A DNA stretch of 64,000 nucleotides, taken from positions 65,968,001 to 66,032,000 of the forward strand of contig NC_091999.1 in the NCBI RefSeq assembly GCF_044704955.1, read 5' to 3'. Origin of the DNA: Pristiophorus japonicus. Taxonomy: Eukaryota. Below are positions 37,205-51,375 of this stretch, piece after piece; positions within the stretch are counted from its first letter, which is position 1; the number at the start of each line of letters is the position of its first letter. Both the position numbers and the translations under genes were made by a program. The notes under the pieces were generated by a model that saw only the letters and a list, made by a program, of their open reading frames with translations, searched no databases and was not told the origin of the DNA.

Positions 37205-37594
37205 GACAGTTTAAGGTGCGGATGATATCCACCCAAGCGTGTTTAAAGAGATGAGATGGGTGTTCTGTCAGCCTATTGCCCATTTCTCCAACAGCTCAGC
37301 AGATTCATGGGTTGTTCCCTGAGATTGGAAGGTAGCACATGTAGTTCCCATTTTTGAATTGGGCACAAGTCAGAGCTCGGGAACTGAAGGCCCATCAACG
37401 TGACCACGATCACTGGGAACATGCTTGAAGTGATCCTGAGAGATGCTGTGTTCCGTCATGGGGAAAGTGAAGGAGCCATTAGAGATGCTGAACATGGATT
37501 CAGGAAAACAAGGTCACGTCTTAAAAACTAGCTTGAGTTTGAAAATAAGTTGTTAGGTTGGTGGATGTGGGAATCCGGTTGACATTGTCTACCT
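37205..37594 (+). mobile_element. Divergent CR1-like RT fragment
   Basis: GADDIHPSVFKE...DWKVAHVVPIF...HGFRK...VDIVYL. Confidence 0.8.
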
Positions 37595-37800
37595 CAGGGT
37601 GTCAAACTCATTTTCTATGGTGGGCCTGATCCAATATCCTGACACTTGGCATGGGCCACATTCAGCAACAGCTATTAAAATAGGAATTAATGAAGATAAA
37701 CTACATCGGAATTTACATTTAGATTGTTTTACTGCCGCTGCTCCAGATCCGTGGCACCTCTTAGCTTAATCATTCATGAACTAACCCTGCTCAAACCGTA
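37595..37800 (-). mobile_element. hAT (Charlie-like) DNA transposon end
   Basis: TIR-like CAGGGTGTCAAACTCA truncates the CR1; minus-strand AKRCHGSG resembles a hAT transposase C-terminus. Confidence 0.5.
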
Positions 37801-39429
37801 ACCACAAGGATATCGTTGCACGGTTCTGCCTCTGACCACAAGGCTGTGTCACTGCCACACACAGATACCGTTTCTTTGTTTCACATCTCCGTACAAACAC
37901 CATCTCTTCACACATCCCCTTTCTGCACAATTACAGCAGGCACGAGCAAGGACGTGAGGCTTATTAAAAGACACATTTCATTACAGCAAAGGTTACACTG
38001 GGAGAAATGTTCAGTTATTTTCCAATACAGGCAAAATGCCGGACAAACCATCAGCACACTGGCACTTGAACAGTATCTCATCGGCCTACAGGCTTTTCTT
38101 TAATAGATTTGCTGCTTGGATATAAACTTAAACCAGCATTGCCGGCGTGATGCCCTAGTCACACATTGAAGGTGAGAGAGATGCTGTGGGCCACACGCTA
38201 AGTCCAGTAGCTGAAAGTGATTGACAGACTGGGCTTTGTTTTTAGTGATCCCGGGCGTGTTACCAATACCGGCAAAGATGCAGCCCATAGAATAAAAGGG
38301 ATAGTGGATACTGTCTCACTGTAAGCGAGTCAGAATGAGAAGTTTTAACAACAGCCGATGTTTCACAAAAGGAGACCTCACCGGACGAAAGAACATTGCT
38401 GGCGTTTAATGGGCTGTTTGGGTCACTGGGCTACAGGAGGCTATTTGTGACAGAAGGAAAGCTGGTCACAGCAAACAAACAGTTTACCGGCCTGTCCAGG
38501 GCCCACTCTGAACCCCACCTTCTCTCTCTCACTATTGATGGACACTGCTGCAGTAATTGCTCCTTTGACCTTTCCTCTCTTGTCCCTCCGAAATGCCTAA
38601 TACACGGCCCGACAAAATCTCCCTCCTCCTAAATCCTCACTGTGCTGGAATCCACACCAGTCTCCCCAACTGCTCCTTGTTCTCTCCCTGGATCCTGAAA
38701 CTACAGAACTCATTCTTCCCCTCCTGAAGTCTACAGGCTCTACAGCTGACGTTTGGTGACACTCAGTCCCCACTCCTTCATTTACCTCCTCTTGTCTGCT
38801 CCTCTTTCCCCTTTGGTTGTGTTCCACACTCTGGGCCTTGGGCCTTCACTGGTGATTATCAATATGAACAGGGGGATGTGTGTTGAGACAGGATGTCCCA
38901 GCTCTTCACCTTTAAAGGGCCAAGGAGACCACCAGCTGGGCTGAATTGCCCTGCTTTATGACATCACTGCAGTGCCGAACAACCAACCTCCCTGAGCCCT
39001 GCTCATTTTGGACTCGATTGTGCTCAGTGCTGTTACAGGAAGGGGAAAAGGAGCAGGTTTTGACCCGTGTGGTGCCCAGGATTAATGGGGAGAGGTACAG
39101 GATCAATTTGTACCTTATTGAGCGAGACATGTCTTTGTCCTAGACACTCCTTGTCTCTCAGTGTCTGTATCGGGGAGGGACCGATGGGTTCACTCTGTAT
39201 CTGACCCGTGCTGTTTCAGACTGGAGAGTGTTTGATGCTGGCACGAGGTGCTCAGCTCAATGAGCACACCATTTAACCTGAAGATGATCAGATAAAACCA
39301 TCAGTTTCTCCCCTGGACACAGGTCCTGAATGACAGGGAGTGTCTCTATAATTTTTAAGGTGCCCTTGATCAAATTTAAACACCTCAGATCTCTATCTAA
39401 AAAATCGTTCATGGGATGTGGGCGTCATC

Positions 39430-40390
39430 CCCCATTCTTCTAAACGATAGCGAATATAGGCCTAGTCTACTCAATCTCTCATAGGACAATCTCTCCCTTC
39501 CCAGAAATCAGTCTGGTGACCCATCGTTGCACTCCCTCTATAGCAAGTTTATCTTTCCCGAGATAAGGAGACCAAAACTGTACACAATAATCCTGGTGTA
39601 GTCTCACAAGGACCCTGTATAATTGCAGTCTGATGTCTTTACTCTTATACTCACATCTTTTTGTAATAAAGGCCAATATACCATTTGCTTTCTTAATTGC
39701 TTGCCTGTAAACTTTTAGCGATTTGTGTACAAGAACACCCAGGTCCCTCTGAACACCAACATTTCCCAATCACTCACAATTTAAATAAATACTCTGCCTT
39801 TCTATTTTTACTACCAGTTTATAACTTATCATTCCTTCACATTATATTCTATTTACCATGATCTTGCCCACTCACTGAGCCTGTATATATCCCTTGAAAC
39901 CTCTTTTCATCCTCCTCACAACTTACATTCCCAACTAGCTTTGCAGCCTCAACAGACTTCAATATATTATATTTGGTCCCCTCATCCACATTATTGATAT
40001 AGATTGTGAATAGCTGAGGCCCAAGCACCGAACCTTGCAGCAGCCCACCAGTTACAGCTTGCCAACCCGAAAATCACCCGTTTATTCCTATTCTGTTTTC
40101 TGTCCATTAACCAATCCTTGCTCATATGGTACCCGTAATCTCAGGAGCCATAATTTTGATTAATAATCCCTTGTGCGGCACCAGATTGAATGCCTTCTGT
40201 AAATCTAAATAAACCACAACAAGTGGCTCGCCCTTTTCTATCCTGCGAGTGACAACCTCAAAATACACTAACAGATTTGTCAAGTACAATTTCCCTTTCA
40301 TAAATCCGTGTTCATTCTGCCCAATCTGGTTATTACTTACTACCTGCTTAATAATAGATTTTAGCATATTCACTACGACTGTTTTCAGGA
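39430..40390 (-). mobile_element. CR1 internal fragment
   Basis: HGFMKGK...VYLDLQKAFNLVPH and VQRDLGVLVHKSLKV motifs. Confidence 0.9.
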
Positions 40391-40399
40391 CTACCAGCA

Positions 40400-41250
40400 A
40401 TACACGGGTGAGATTGCGAGTAAATCTCACTCTAACCTGTCCCAAACACTACCAGGGTTGATACAAATTAAATCTCAGTCTAAAATATACCAAATACTCC
40501 CAAGCAGGTACAACATGGTATAGATACAGAGTAAAGCTCCATCTACACTGTCCTATCAAATACTCCCAGGGCAGGTACAGCACGTTGTTAGATACAGAGT
40601 AAAGCTCCCTCGACACTGTCCATCAGACACTCCCGGTGCTGGTCCAGCACAGGTTACACGGAGTACATGTCCTTCTACCCTGACCCAGCCATTACGTTGC
40701 AGATAGATCATTTGTTACATATAAATTAAATCTCCCTCTACACTGTTCCATCAAAAACGCCCAGGGGAGGTACTGCATTGGTTATACACTACGTAAAGCT
40801 CCATCTACACTATCCAAATAAACACTTCGAGGACAGCTACAGCACAATTTAGATACAGTGTAATTCTCTCTCTAATCTCTCTACAATTGTGCACAGTTTT
40901 GGTCGCCTTATCTAAGGAAGGATATATTTGCCTTGCTTAGATACAGAGTAAAGCTCCCTCAACACTCTCCCACCAGACATTACAAGGCCAGAGACAAAAC
41001 AGGTTAGATACAGAGTATATCTCCCTCTACCCTGCCCCGAGCATTCCAGAGCAGATACTGAATTGGTTTGATACAAATTAAAGCTCCTTCTACACTGTCC
41101 CGTCAAACACTCCCAGGCAGGTACAGCACGGGTTAGACACAGAATAAAGCTCCCTCTACATTGTCGCATCAAATATTCCCAGTGCAAGTACAGCACGGGT
41201 TAGATATAGAGTAAATAGAGTAAAGCTCCCCCTCGACTGTGCCGTCCAAC
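40400..41250 (+). repeat. 67-68 bp tandem repeat with a small embedded CR1 piece (40885-40935)
   Basis: Same unit as 3620-4290. Confidence 0.9.
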
Positions 41251-41740
41251 GTTATTGAATAGGGAGAAGGCTCGGCGGGTCGGGTGGCCCCCTCCTGCTC
41301 CGATTCTCATGGTCTTACGTATCCAGCCTGCTCCGCGTGGGAGAATGTCCCGCACCCAGACGACAGGAGCTCAGTGCGCTGGTGCGTGTCCTGGCTTTGT
41401 TTGGAGCATGCGCTGTGTGTGTAATGGCAGAGGAGAAACATTCCGGGCATGCTCCACAGAAGTGCCCTTTTCATTGGGACGGAGAGGAATAATGGACCAC
41501 CGGGGAGTTGGGGAGGCTTCATCAACAACCGGTGCCCGCCGCAAGCCCAGAATAGTAACCAGACTATCGGTGATTGCAGCTTCGGGGCATTTTTCCAATC
41601 ACAGGCTCAGGCTAATGGAGGGCATCTTGGTGCAGGAAGGCAGGTTCAGCACTCCGCCATCTTGATGCAGAGAGTAGCACAGCGCAATGCGCGGCCATCT
41701 TGGTCCAGGAACAGGGAGAATGATATCAGTGTCTGGAACT
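41250..41740 (+). promoter_or_regulatory. CR1 tail plus ZNF promoter module, copy C
   Basis: Colinear with 6590-7065; GCCATCTT motifs near 41656 and 41693. Confidence 0.7.
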
Positions 41741-41980
41741 GAACCTCGCCAGAGTAAGCTACTTCAGGGGAGGTGAACCAGTGAATGTAGAACTGAACCC
41801 AGCCACAGTCAGCACATTCAGTGGAAGGGAACCAGTGAGTGTAGAACTGAAACCAGCCAGAGTCAGCACCTTTAGGAGAAGGAAGTGTACCAGTGAGTTT
41901 AGAAATGAACCCAGCCAGAGTCTGCACTTTTAGGAGAAGGAGGGGAACCAGTGAGTGTAAACCTGAACCCAGCCAGAATT
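41735..41980 (+). repeat. Splice-donor VNTR, about 5 copies
   Basis: Same unit as 7066-7560. Confidence 0.88.
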
Positions 41981-42187
41981 GGTCGTGAAAACTGGGAGTG
42001 GAGGAGAAACAGTCTAGAAATGTGTCTTGATTTGGATTTCAGCGCAGCAGGAGGGAGAACGGGTGGGACAGGGATTTATAGCTTTGGAAGGACAAAGGAG
42101 TTAAAAATGTTCCATGGAAACTAGATGTGCTTATCCTGAATTTCTGTATTGTACTGACAGCGGGGAGATTGTTATCCCCTTTTACAG

Positions 42188-43249
<1,062 letters not shown>

Positions 43250-43719
43250 CTCAAGGGGTTGGAATCTGCTATTATTTCAGCTGTTAATCACATCCCGACT
43301 GAACCATGTTCATTCTCAAAGTTGGGTTTGTTTTTGCTGATAATAACTCTGAAAGTGGACTGGATCTTAATATTTTGGATATATTGCTGATGGTGTTCTC
43401 GGGGCTGCTGTGTCCATTTAAAACATTGTGTGCTATCTTTCCTCTTAATTCAGCAACTCCCAACAATAAAATTACGAACTTTTACTTTAATCCTATCTTG
43501 ATCTTTGGTTCACAATCTACAATAGTTTCAAAGTGTGTACTGAATATAATCTCCAATTAGAAAGAGCTTGCTGACAATTCTTACTGACTTCCACATTACA
43601 CACAACGGCTCCTCCATTATCCACCAGAAGAAGGGGAATGGGAATTGGTGGGGAATCAGTGTCCACAAATGGTGCCCCTCATCTGGTGTAGCAACTCCCT
43701 CGGCACGGGAATTCAGACA

Positions 43720-45340
43720 ATTCCAAACCAAAACTATGTGCAGTACTCCAGGTGTGCTCTCACTACCGCCCTGTACATTTGTAGGAGGACTTCCCTACTA
43801 TTATACTCAATCCCCCTTGCAAAAAAAGGCCAGCATACCATTTGCCTTCCTGATTATTTGCATTATCTGCATGCTACATTTTTGCATTTGATGTACAAGA
43901 ACCCCCAGGTCCCTCTGTACTACAGCATTTTGCAATCGTCCCAATTTAAATAATAATGTGTTATTTTATTTGTACTGCGAAAGGGATAAGCTGACATTTC
44001 ACCACATTACAGTCCATCTGCCAGATTTTTGCCCACTCACTGTCGATATCCTTTCGTCGATTATTTGCGTCCTCCTCACAGCTTGCTTTCCCACCTATCT
44101 TTACATCATCAGCAAATTTGACTATATTACACTCGGTCCCTTCATCCAAGTCATTGATATAAATTGTTAATAGTTGAAGCTCCAGCACTGATCTCTGTGG
44201 CACTCCACTAGTTACAGTTTTCCAACCTGAAAATTATCCATTTATCCCGACTCTCTGTTTTCTGTTAGTTTGCCAATCCTCCATCCACGCTGATATATTA
44301 CCCCAACATGAGCTCTTATCTTGTGCAGCAGCCTTTTGTGTAGCACCATATGGAATGCTTTCTGGAAATCCAAATGTACATCAACTGGTTCTCCTTTATT
44401 CACTCCGCTCGTTACATCCTCAAACAACTCCAGGATATTTTTCAACATGATTTCCCGTTCATAAAAACATGCTGACTCTGCTTGACTTCAACATGATTTT
44501 CTAAATGTCATGCTACTTTTCCTTAATGATGGAATGCAATATTTTCCCATTGACAGATGGCAGGCTAACTTCTTCCTGGTCACTGTCTCCCTCCTTTCTT
44601 AATTAGGGGTGTTACATTTGCGTTTTTCCTGTCCACTGGGATCTCTCCAGAATTTAGGTATTTTGTTAGAATACAACCGATGCATCCACATCTCAGCAGT
44701 CACTTTTTAAAGACCCTAGAATGCATTTCATCAAGTCCAGCGATCTTGTCCCTCTTTTAGTCCTATTAGTTTGATTAGTACTTTAACTCGAGTGATAGTG
44801 ATTCCTCCCCCGCTCACCTCCCCCCATCCGCAATAGCTCCTTGGTCATCAACTATTGGAAAGTTTTTAGCTGCCCTCCATCGTGAAGACCGATACAAAAT
44901 AATTTTTTTAAGTCTCTGCCATTTCCGTGTTTCGCATTATTCATTCTCCAGTCTCATATACTAAGGGACCAACGTTTACTTCAGCTGCTCGTTTCATTTT
45001 TATATCCCTGTCGAAGCTCTTTCTGTCTGTTTTCATATTCCTTGCTAGTTTGCTCTCATCTGCTACCTTCTCTGTCTTTATCATTTTTTTAGTCGTCCTT
45101 TGCTGGTTTCTAAAAATTCACCAATCCTCTGGCCTTCCATTGTTCTTCACAACATTGTATGACTTTTTCAATTTGATACCATACTTTACTTCCTTAGTTA
45201 GCCAGGGATGGTTCATCCTTCTCTTAGCATCTTTATTACTCACTTGATTAAATCTTTGCTGAGAGTTATGAAATATCTCCTTAAATGTTTGCCATTGCAT
45301 TTCAACAGTCTTACCCTTTAACATATTTACCCAGTCCACT
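43720..45340 (-). mobile_element. CR1 internal fragment (duplicate of 9140-10625)
   Basis: HLDFQKAFHMVLHKRLL and KFADDVK motifs; identical flanking junction. Confidence 0.92.
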
Positions 45341-45664
45341 CGGTGTCAGTGACAAGGTTTGGTTTCGATCACATGGGCGGAGATGGTGTCAGTGACTGAG
45401 GGGTTGGTTCAAACTTCTTTGACCTGACCAAGGCCTTTGACACAGTCAACCGTGAGGCATTATGGAGTGTACTCTACATATTCGGCTGTCCATATGTCCA
45501 ATTCAAGCCCCCGAAAGCAAACGTTCTACTCGGAGCTTCGACAAGGCAGGGACAATAGGTGAACGGTGCTTCAGGGTGTCTGTCAGTTTGATTAGACACA
45601 TGTTTGTGCCCAGGTCAGTGGTCCCTGAAAGGGAGCCTTGTTGTGCTGATTGTTTTCTGGTGAC

Positions 45665-45820
45665 CTTAGGCCAGCCCTGCTCACTTTGTTGACCCAACCC
45701 GGGCTCATAGAATTGGGCCAACCCAGGCTCACCTCATTGGGCCAGCCCGTCTCACCCTATTGGGCCAGCCCCGGCTCACATATTGGTCCAGCCCGGGCTC
45801 AACCTATTGGGCCAGCAGAA
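45665..45820 (+). repeat. 24-bp minisatellite, about 6 copies
   Basis: Same unit as 18355-18840. Confidence 0.85.
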
Positions 45821-45909
45821 AAATCCATTGTCCAGCGGAGAGATTCAGCAACTCATTGATTTTATTCTAAGTCTGCACACAGCGGGTGTGGAACTGGACC
45901 CAACCTTTT

Positions 45910-46110
45910 AAGCTGAAAATGCATCGTCACAGTCATACCGGGGAGAGGCCGTTCACCTCCTCTGAGTGTGGGAGGGGATTCATTTATTCATCTAACACGC
46001 TGACACACCAGCGAGTTAACACCGGGGAGAGGCCATTCACCTGCTCCGAGTGTGGGAAGGGATTCACTCGGTAATCCCACCTGCTGAGACACCAGTGAGT
46101 TCACTAGTGA
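45910..46110 (+). pseudogene. C2H2 ZNF remnant (2.5 fingers)
   Basis: [23 protein letters not shown]...[17 protein letters not shown]. Confidence 0.87.
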
Positions 46111-46779
46111 CTGCAGGGTTTGGATTATATTGCTTTTGCTGCTATTAATCGCACCCTTACTGAATCATATTTGTTGTATTAGTTGGAGTTTGTTTCTGCT
46201 GATGCTAATAACCCATATAACTGGATTGGAGTTTAATAGTTTCATATTTCAAATAACAGAATGTGTCGATATTTGATGTCTCCAAGATAAGAGATGTCCT
46301 GTTACTGACAACTCCATTTTGGGCCTTTTCTCCTCTCTAACATTGGATTATTACAGTTCTCTTACCATCGGTTATTCTCCGGAACAAGTCCCAGTTCCCT
46401 ATACCTTCCAGATTGCCTCTCCTTGAATTGGTATCGAGGGAATGTATCATTAACATATCCGGGATTACTAAACACAAAAGCCAGTCTGTTACTCACTTTC
46501 AGATACTGGACTTTGTGTGTGCCCCTCAGCATCTCTCTCACCTTCGATGTGTAAATGGAGCATTACGCCTGCAAACCTGGTTTCAATTTAAATTTGAATC
46601 CACTCAGCAAATGTATTTTAAAACATATGTACATGTAAACCAGTCACATGAAATAATTGGCAAAGGTTTAGAGTCACCAAGATGAACAAGTAAACACATC
46701 ACGGCCCAATAACCCAGCTCTATATTCACAGGAGAATGTCTGTTATCTAACACCTCGAACGTCAGTTGGTGAGATGAGC

Positions 46780-47045
46780 GACTGAATCACTTTCCACGCG
46801 CAACAGGATCCATTCCCACTGTCCCACGTTCACAGTGTTGATTTATGTGGGCTCACGAGTCTCACAGGCTGAACGATTGTTTGAAGGTGCACCACACACT
46901 GAACATGTGTCCTGTTTCTCCCCGCTGTGAAAGGTGTTTTTACAATGGCTGAAAAAGTGATACTGATCAATCCGGGGAATCTGTCAAATCTTGACACGAT
47001 GTCTGAATTGTGTTTCCCAGATGCAGATCAACCCTTTCTAATATC
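46780..47045 (-). pseudogene. Degenerate minus-strand ZNF exon (duplicate of 19620-19903)
   Basis: Colinear similarity; acceptor at 47046-47048. Confidence 0.68.
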
Positions 47046-48477
47046 CTGCAAATAAATGGTGGTTAGAAATGTTGTTACTGTAAGTACAGGATATAAATTC
47101 AGTGCAGGCAATTCTCAATTCTATAGAACATTCTTTCCCCTCCTGTCCCTCATAAGCTGTAACTTCCTTATTCTAGATATTCACTGTCTAAAATCAACAT
47201 TCATTTAATCGCCTGAGCTTTATTATCTCCAGAAAGTGCTGAATCGGGCTGGGTGCAATGCAACAGACATTAGTTAACATCGAGTGCCTCACGGTCAGTC
47301 GATTCAGTGAGCGCCAGCAGGATTTCCCCTGTGATAGGCATCACAGCCTCAAATCCTGTCCTCAAATGACATCCATACACTTCCCAGTTGTACTGTGGAC
47401 AATTATAACCTCTGAATTGCTGAGCTCAACCAAAAGCCCAGATCAAGGATCGAACTTGGGACCTTCCCAGTCAGTAATGCGGTGTTCTAAAATTTGGGGG
47501 GTTGGGGGATGGTTAGAACGGAATAGTTTGAAACCTTCGTCACATTGCGCAATTCTGAACTCTTTCCAAATGAGACAAACACGTTAAATGGATCATCAAA
47601 AATAGTGAGACATTTTAGAAAGGCTCAGTTACTGAAACAGACAGCTTTACAATCACTGCACAGTACAGAAGGGAGCGACTGTTAATGGGAGCTCTGTTAG
47701 TGAAGTCCTCTAACACCACAAGATAAACTGGACTGTCCCGTTAACTTTAAAGAGGCAGAGAAAGGGAAGTCCCTGTCCCTTTATGTATATAAATATGTAT
47801 ATATGTGTGTATGTATATATCTGTGTATGATATATATGTGTGTGTGTATGTGCGTATGTACAAAGCACATCATTCTTAATATTTGCAAATCAATTGCACA
47901 GAGAAAAATTATTACATGCATCTTCCACCCATCATAGTAATCGATATCCGGAATATTAGGTCCTTGAACTTCGCTTGAACAAAAGAGACGAAATCCTGTA
48001 ACGTTCAAATTTTAACTGCAGTAATGGATCTTGAATGCCACAGAATGGTAACAAAATTGAACTTAAGACTTTCAAAACAAATGCTTGGAATGAATGATTT
48101 TGAGTCATGTGTTATCTTCCACGACAGATTGCTCGAGGGGGAAGAGAATGGACTTGCTGCAAACGAATTGCAGGTACTTTTTGTATTGTTAACTCACAAA
48201 GACTGGATACAGGTTATTGTGAAAATAAAACTGACGAGCTAAATAGATAGGAGTTGCTGCTCAAGCATTCGGGAAGGGAAATGTAATTCAAATAATCTAA
48301 GTTTGACCTGTGGAGGGAAGATCTCTCACAGAGCGGTGCTATTTTTCATTTTTGTTCTTGGAGAGGCAAGTGGATGCGAGGACACAGGATGAAATATCGC
48401 AGGCAGCAAGGTCCAGGTGATCGAGGGAAGGCTTGTGTGCCTAGAATGCTGGGGGAGCATCGCTGACCTACATTCTT

Positions 48478-48885
48478 CCGGTTAAGCAACACCTTGATTT
48501 CAAAAGTTTCATGCTTGTTTTCAGATCCCTGCATGGTCTCGCCCCTCCCTATCTCTATAATCTCCTCCAGCCCCACAACCCCTGAGATATCTGCACTCAT
48601 CTAATTCTGCCTTCTTCAGCATCCCTGATGATAATCACTCAACCTTCTGTTGTCTAGGCCCCAAGGTCTGAAACTCTCTTCCTAAACCTCTCCCCCTCTC
48701 ATTCCTCTTTTAAGATGTTCCTTACAACCCATATCTGCGACAAAGCTTTTGGTCACCTGTCCTAATATCTGCCTATGTGGCTTGGGGTCAAGTAGTTGTC
48801 TTATAATATTCTGTGAAACTCCTTGGGATGTTTTACACAGTATAGGCGTTATATAAATACAAGTTTTGTTTTTGTTGTTGTTGGT
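48478..48885 (+). mobile_element. L2 LINE 3' end
   Basis: DFK...VFRSLHGLAPPYL motif; 3' end ctgtgaa...ggcgttatataaatacaagt with a (ttg)n tail. Confidence 0.8.
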
Positions 48886-49409
48886 TGACTTGATTTGACC
48901 TTTCAGGTATTACAAAGAATACGCAGCACAGAAACAGGGCACTCGGCCCAACTGGTCCGTGTCGGGGTTTAAACTCAACACGAGACTCCTCCGACCCTAT
49001 CAACATTTCCTCCTATTCCTCTACAGTGAGGAGTTCCACAGTCACAGGTTGCCTTCCAGTGCACTTCCAAAGAGCTAATCTGTGAGGTTATGCAGTGATT
49101 GTCGGCAGCCTATTCAACCTTGGGGGCATCACCTTCCGAAAAACGACCCCGTTGCAGACGCGGCCTTTGCTGCTGGGGTGAATGGACATTGATCAGCAGC
49201 AGAAGCCAAGGGCACTGAGGTTAACTGCAGTCTCCCTAACTGCAGCCCAGGCTTAGATCAGCTGACAACCCCTACAGAGAGCAGCTTTAATGTGCAATCA
49301 CACTTGGTCTGCACTGGGGAGCAAGGGAGGTCAAGGTTCAGCACAGATTGTCATCAACCTTGATGCGTAGCCGCCCTCCCTCAGGAGAACCAAGTTGCAT
49401 TGACGACAA

Positions 49410-49990
49410 GGTGTCAGCACTTTTCATGACGTCAGCACGATCGAGCGCGTATCACCCTTGGCCGTCCGCCCACTGATCCCGCGATCTCGCTCCGCATTGG
49501 TCGGAATCTGATTGATTCTGTCAATCAGGCTCTGGGCCCGAGACACATGCCCTGGATCGCGCGCCACCCAAAGGCCGGAGGAGGAGAGAAGATTCCAGAA
49601 TGGAGAGGTCGCGGGCACGCAGGGGAGCCCTGAAAACGGCGGGGAGGCTTTCTAATCACCCGTGGTAGGCCTCAGGCTCCGAACAAGAAGCTGCGGCTCC
49701 GGCGCTTGCCCCGAACTTGAGGGGGTCAGATGCTTCCCGGAGGCCGTAGGAGATTGTGGGCGAGGATGTGGGTCCGCGGGTGGGCCGGGGAGGTTCACAC
49801 AGATCCGATGTAGGCCTCAGGTCTTAATCACAGCCCACAGGCCTCGGTTTGCCCCCCGGGGACAGGCCCGGGTCTGCGGCGTCAATGGCCGCCATCTTGC
49901 AAACGGCGGGGTCATGGCGCATTCGCGACCACCTTGGTCAGGAACAATGAGTGGGCGCGGCTTCAGGGTCCCAGTGCCCGCGAGGTCGAG
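49410..49990. promoter_or_regulatory. CpG island / promoter
   Basis: CRE TGACGTCA at 49427-49434; CCAAT-like boxes; back-to-back YY1-like ATGGCCGCCATCTT near 49885; shared ZNF-promoter 3' block. Confidence 0.7.
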
Positions 49991-50122
49991 TAACCCTGGC
50001 AACAGATGTTTCATCATCTCACAACAGTAAGCTGGGCAACAGGCTCTTCATCACCTCACAACAGTAAACTCGGCAACAGATGCATCTAACAGCAACCTGG
50101 AAAACAAGTTACAACAGTAACC
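49988..50122 (+). repeat. 37-bp minisatellite, about 3.5 copies
   Basis: Unit agtaaccctggcaacagatgtttcatcatctcacaac. Confidence 0.75.
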
Positions 50123-50134
50123 TCTATTTATATA

Positions 50135-51375
50135 TGCTTGACAGAACTTCTGGAATTTTTTGAGGATGTAAATAGTAGAGTGCACAAGGGAGAACCAGTG
50201 GATGTGGTGTATTTGGACTTTCAATAGGCTTTTGACACGGTCCTAAACAAGAGAATGGTGTGCAAAATCAAAGCACATGGTATTGGGCTAATGTACTGAC
50301 GTGGATAGAGAACTGGTTGGCAGAGAGGAAGCAGAGATTCGGGATGAACGGATCCTTTTCAGAATGGCAGGCAGTGCCTAGTGGAGTGCGGCTGGGCTCA
50401 GTGCTGCGGCTCCAGCTCTTTACAATATACATTATTGATTTAGATGCAGGAATCGAGTCTAATATCTCCAAGGTTGCAGTTGACACTTAACTGGGTGGCG
50501 GTGTGCGCTGTGAGGAGGACGCTAAGAGGCTGCAGAGTGACTTGGACAGGTTTGGTGAGTGGGCAAATGCATGGCAGATGCAGTATAGTGTGGGTAAATG
50601 TGAGGCTATTCACTTCGAGGGCAAAAACACGAAGGCAGAATATTGTCTGAATGGCGGCAGATTAGGAAAAGGGGAGGTTCAACAGTCATTGAAAGTTGGC
50701 ATGCAGTCACAGCAGGCAGTGAAGAAAGCAAATGGTATGTTGGTCTTCATAGCTAGAGGATTTGAGTATCGGAGCAGGGAGGTCTTATTGCAGTTGTACA
50801 GGGCCTTGGTGAGACCTCACCTGGAATATTATGTTCAGTTTTGCTCTCCTAATCTGAAGAAGGACGTTCTTGCTATTGAGGGAGAGCAGCGAAGGTTCAC
50901 TAGATTGATTCCAGGGATGGCTGGACTAGCCTATGAGGAGAGACTGGATCAATTGGGTCTTGAGTGTTAAAAGGATGGGAGCGGATCTCATCGAAACGTA
51001 TAAGATTCTGATGGGAATGGACAGGTTAGATGCGGGAAGAATGTTCCCGATGTTGGGAAAGTCCAGAACATGGAGACACAGTCTTAGGATAAGGGATATG
51101 CCATTTAGGACTGAGATGAGGAGAAACTTCTTCACTCAGAGAGTTGTTAACCTGTGGAATTCCCTGCCGCAGAGAGTTGTTGATGCCAGTTCATTGGATA
51201 TATTCAAGAGGGAGTTAGATATGGCCCTTACAGCTCAGGAGATCAAGGGGTATGGAGAAAAAGCAGGAAAGGGATACTGAGAAAATGATCAGCCATGATA
51301 TTGAATGGTAGTGCAGGCTCGAAGGGCCGAAAGGCCTTCTCCTGCACCTATTGTCTATGTCTCTATGTCTCTATA
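50135..51375 (+). mobile_element. 5'-truncated CR1
   Basis: RT C-terminal ORFs 50503-50970 and 50933-51280; (tctatgtc)n tail. Confidence 0.93.

Noticed and set aside
48128-48173. RLLEGEE as an intermediate-filament signature exon
   Set aside because: No upstream LDxEIxxYR exon or rod domain was found; kept only as part of the unidentified exon series.
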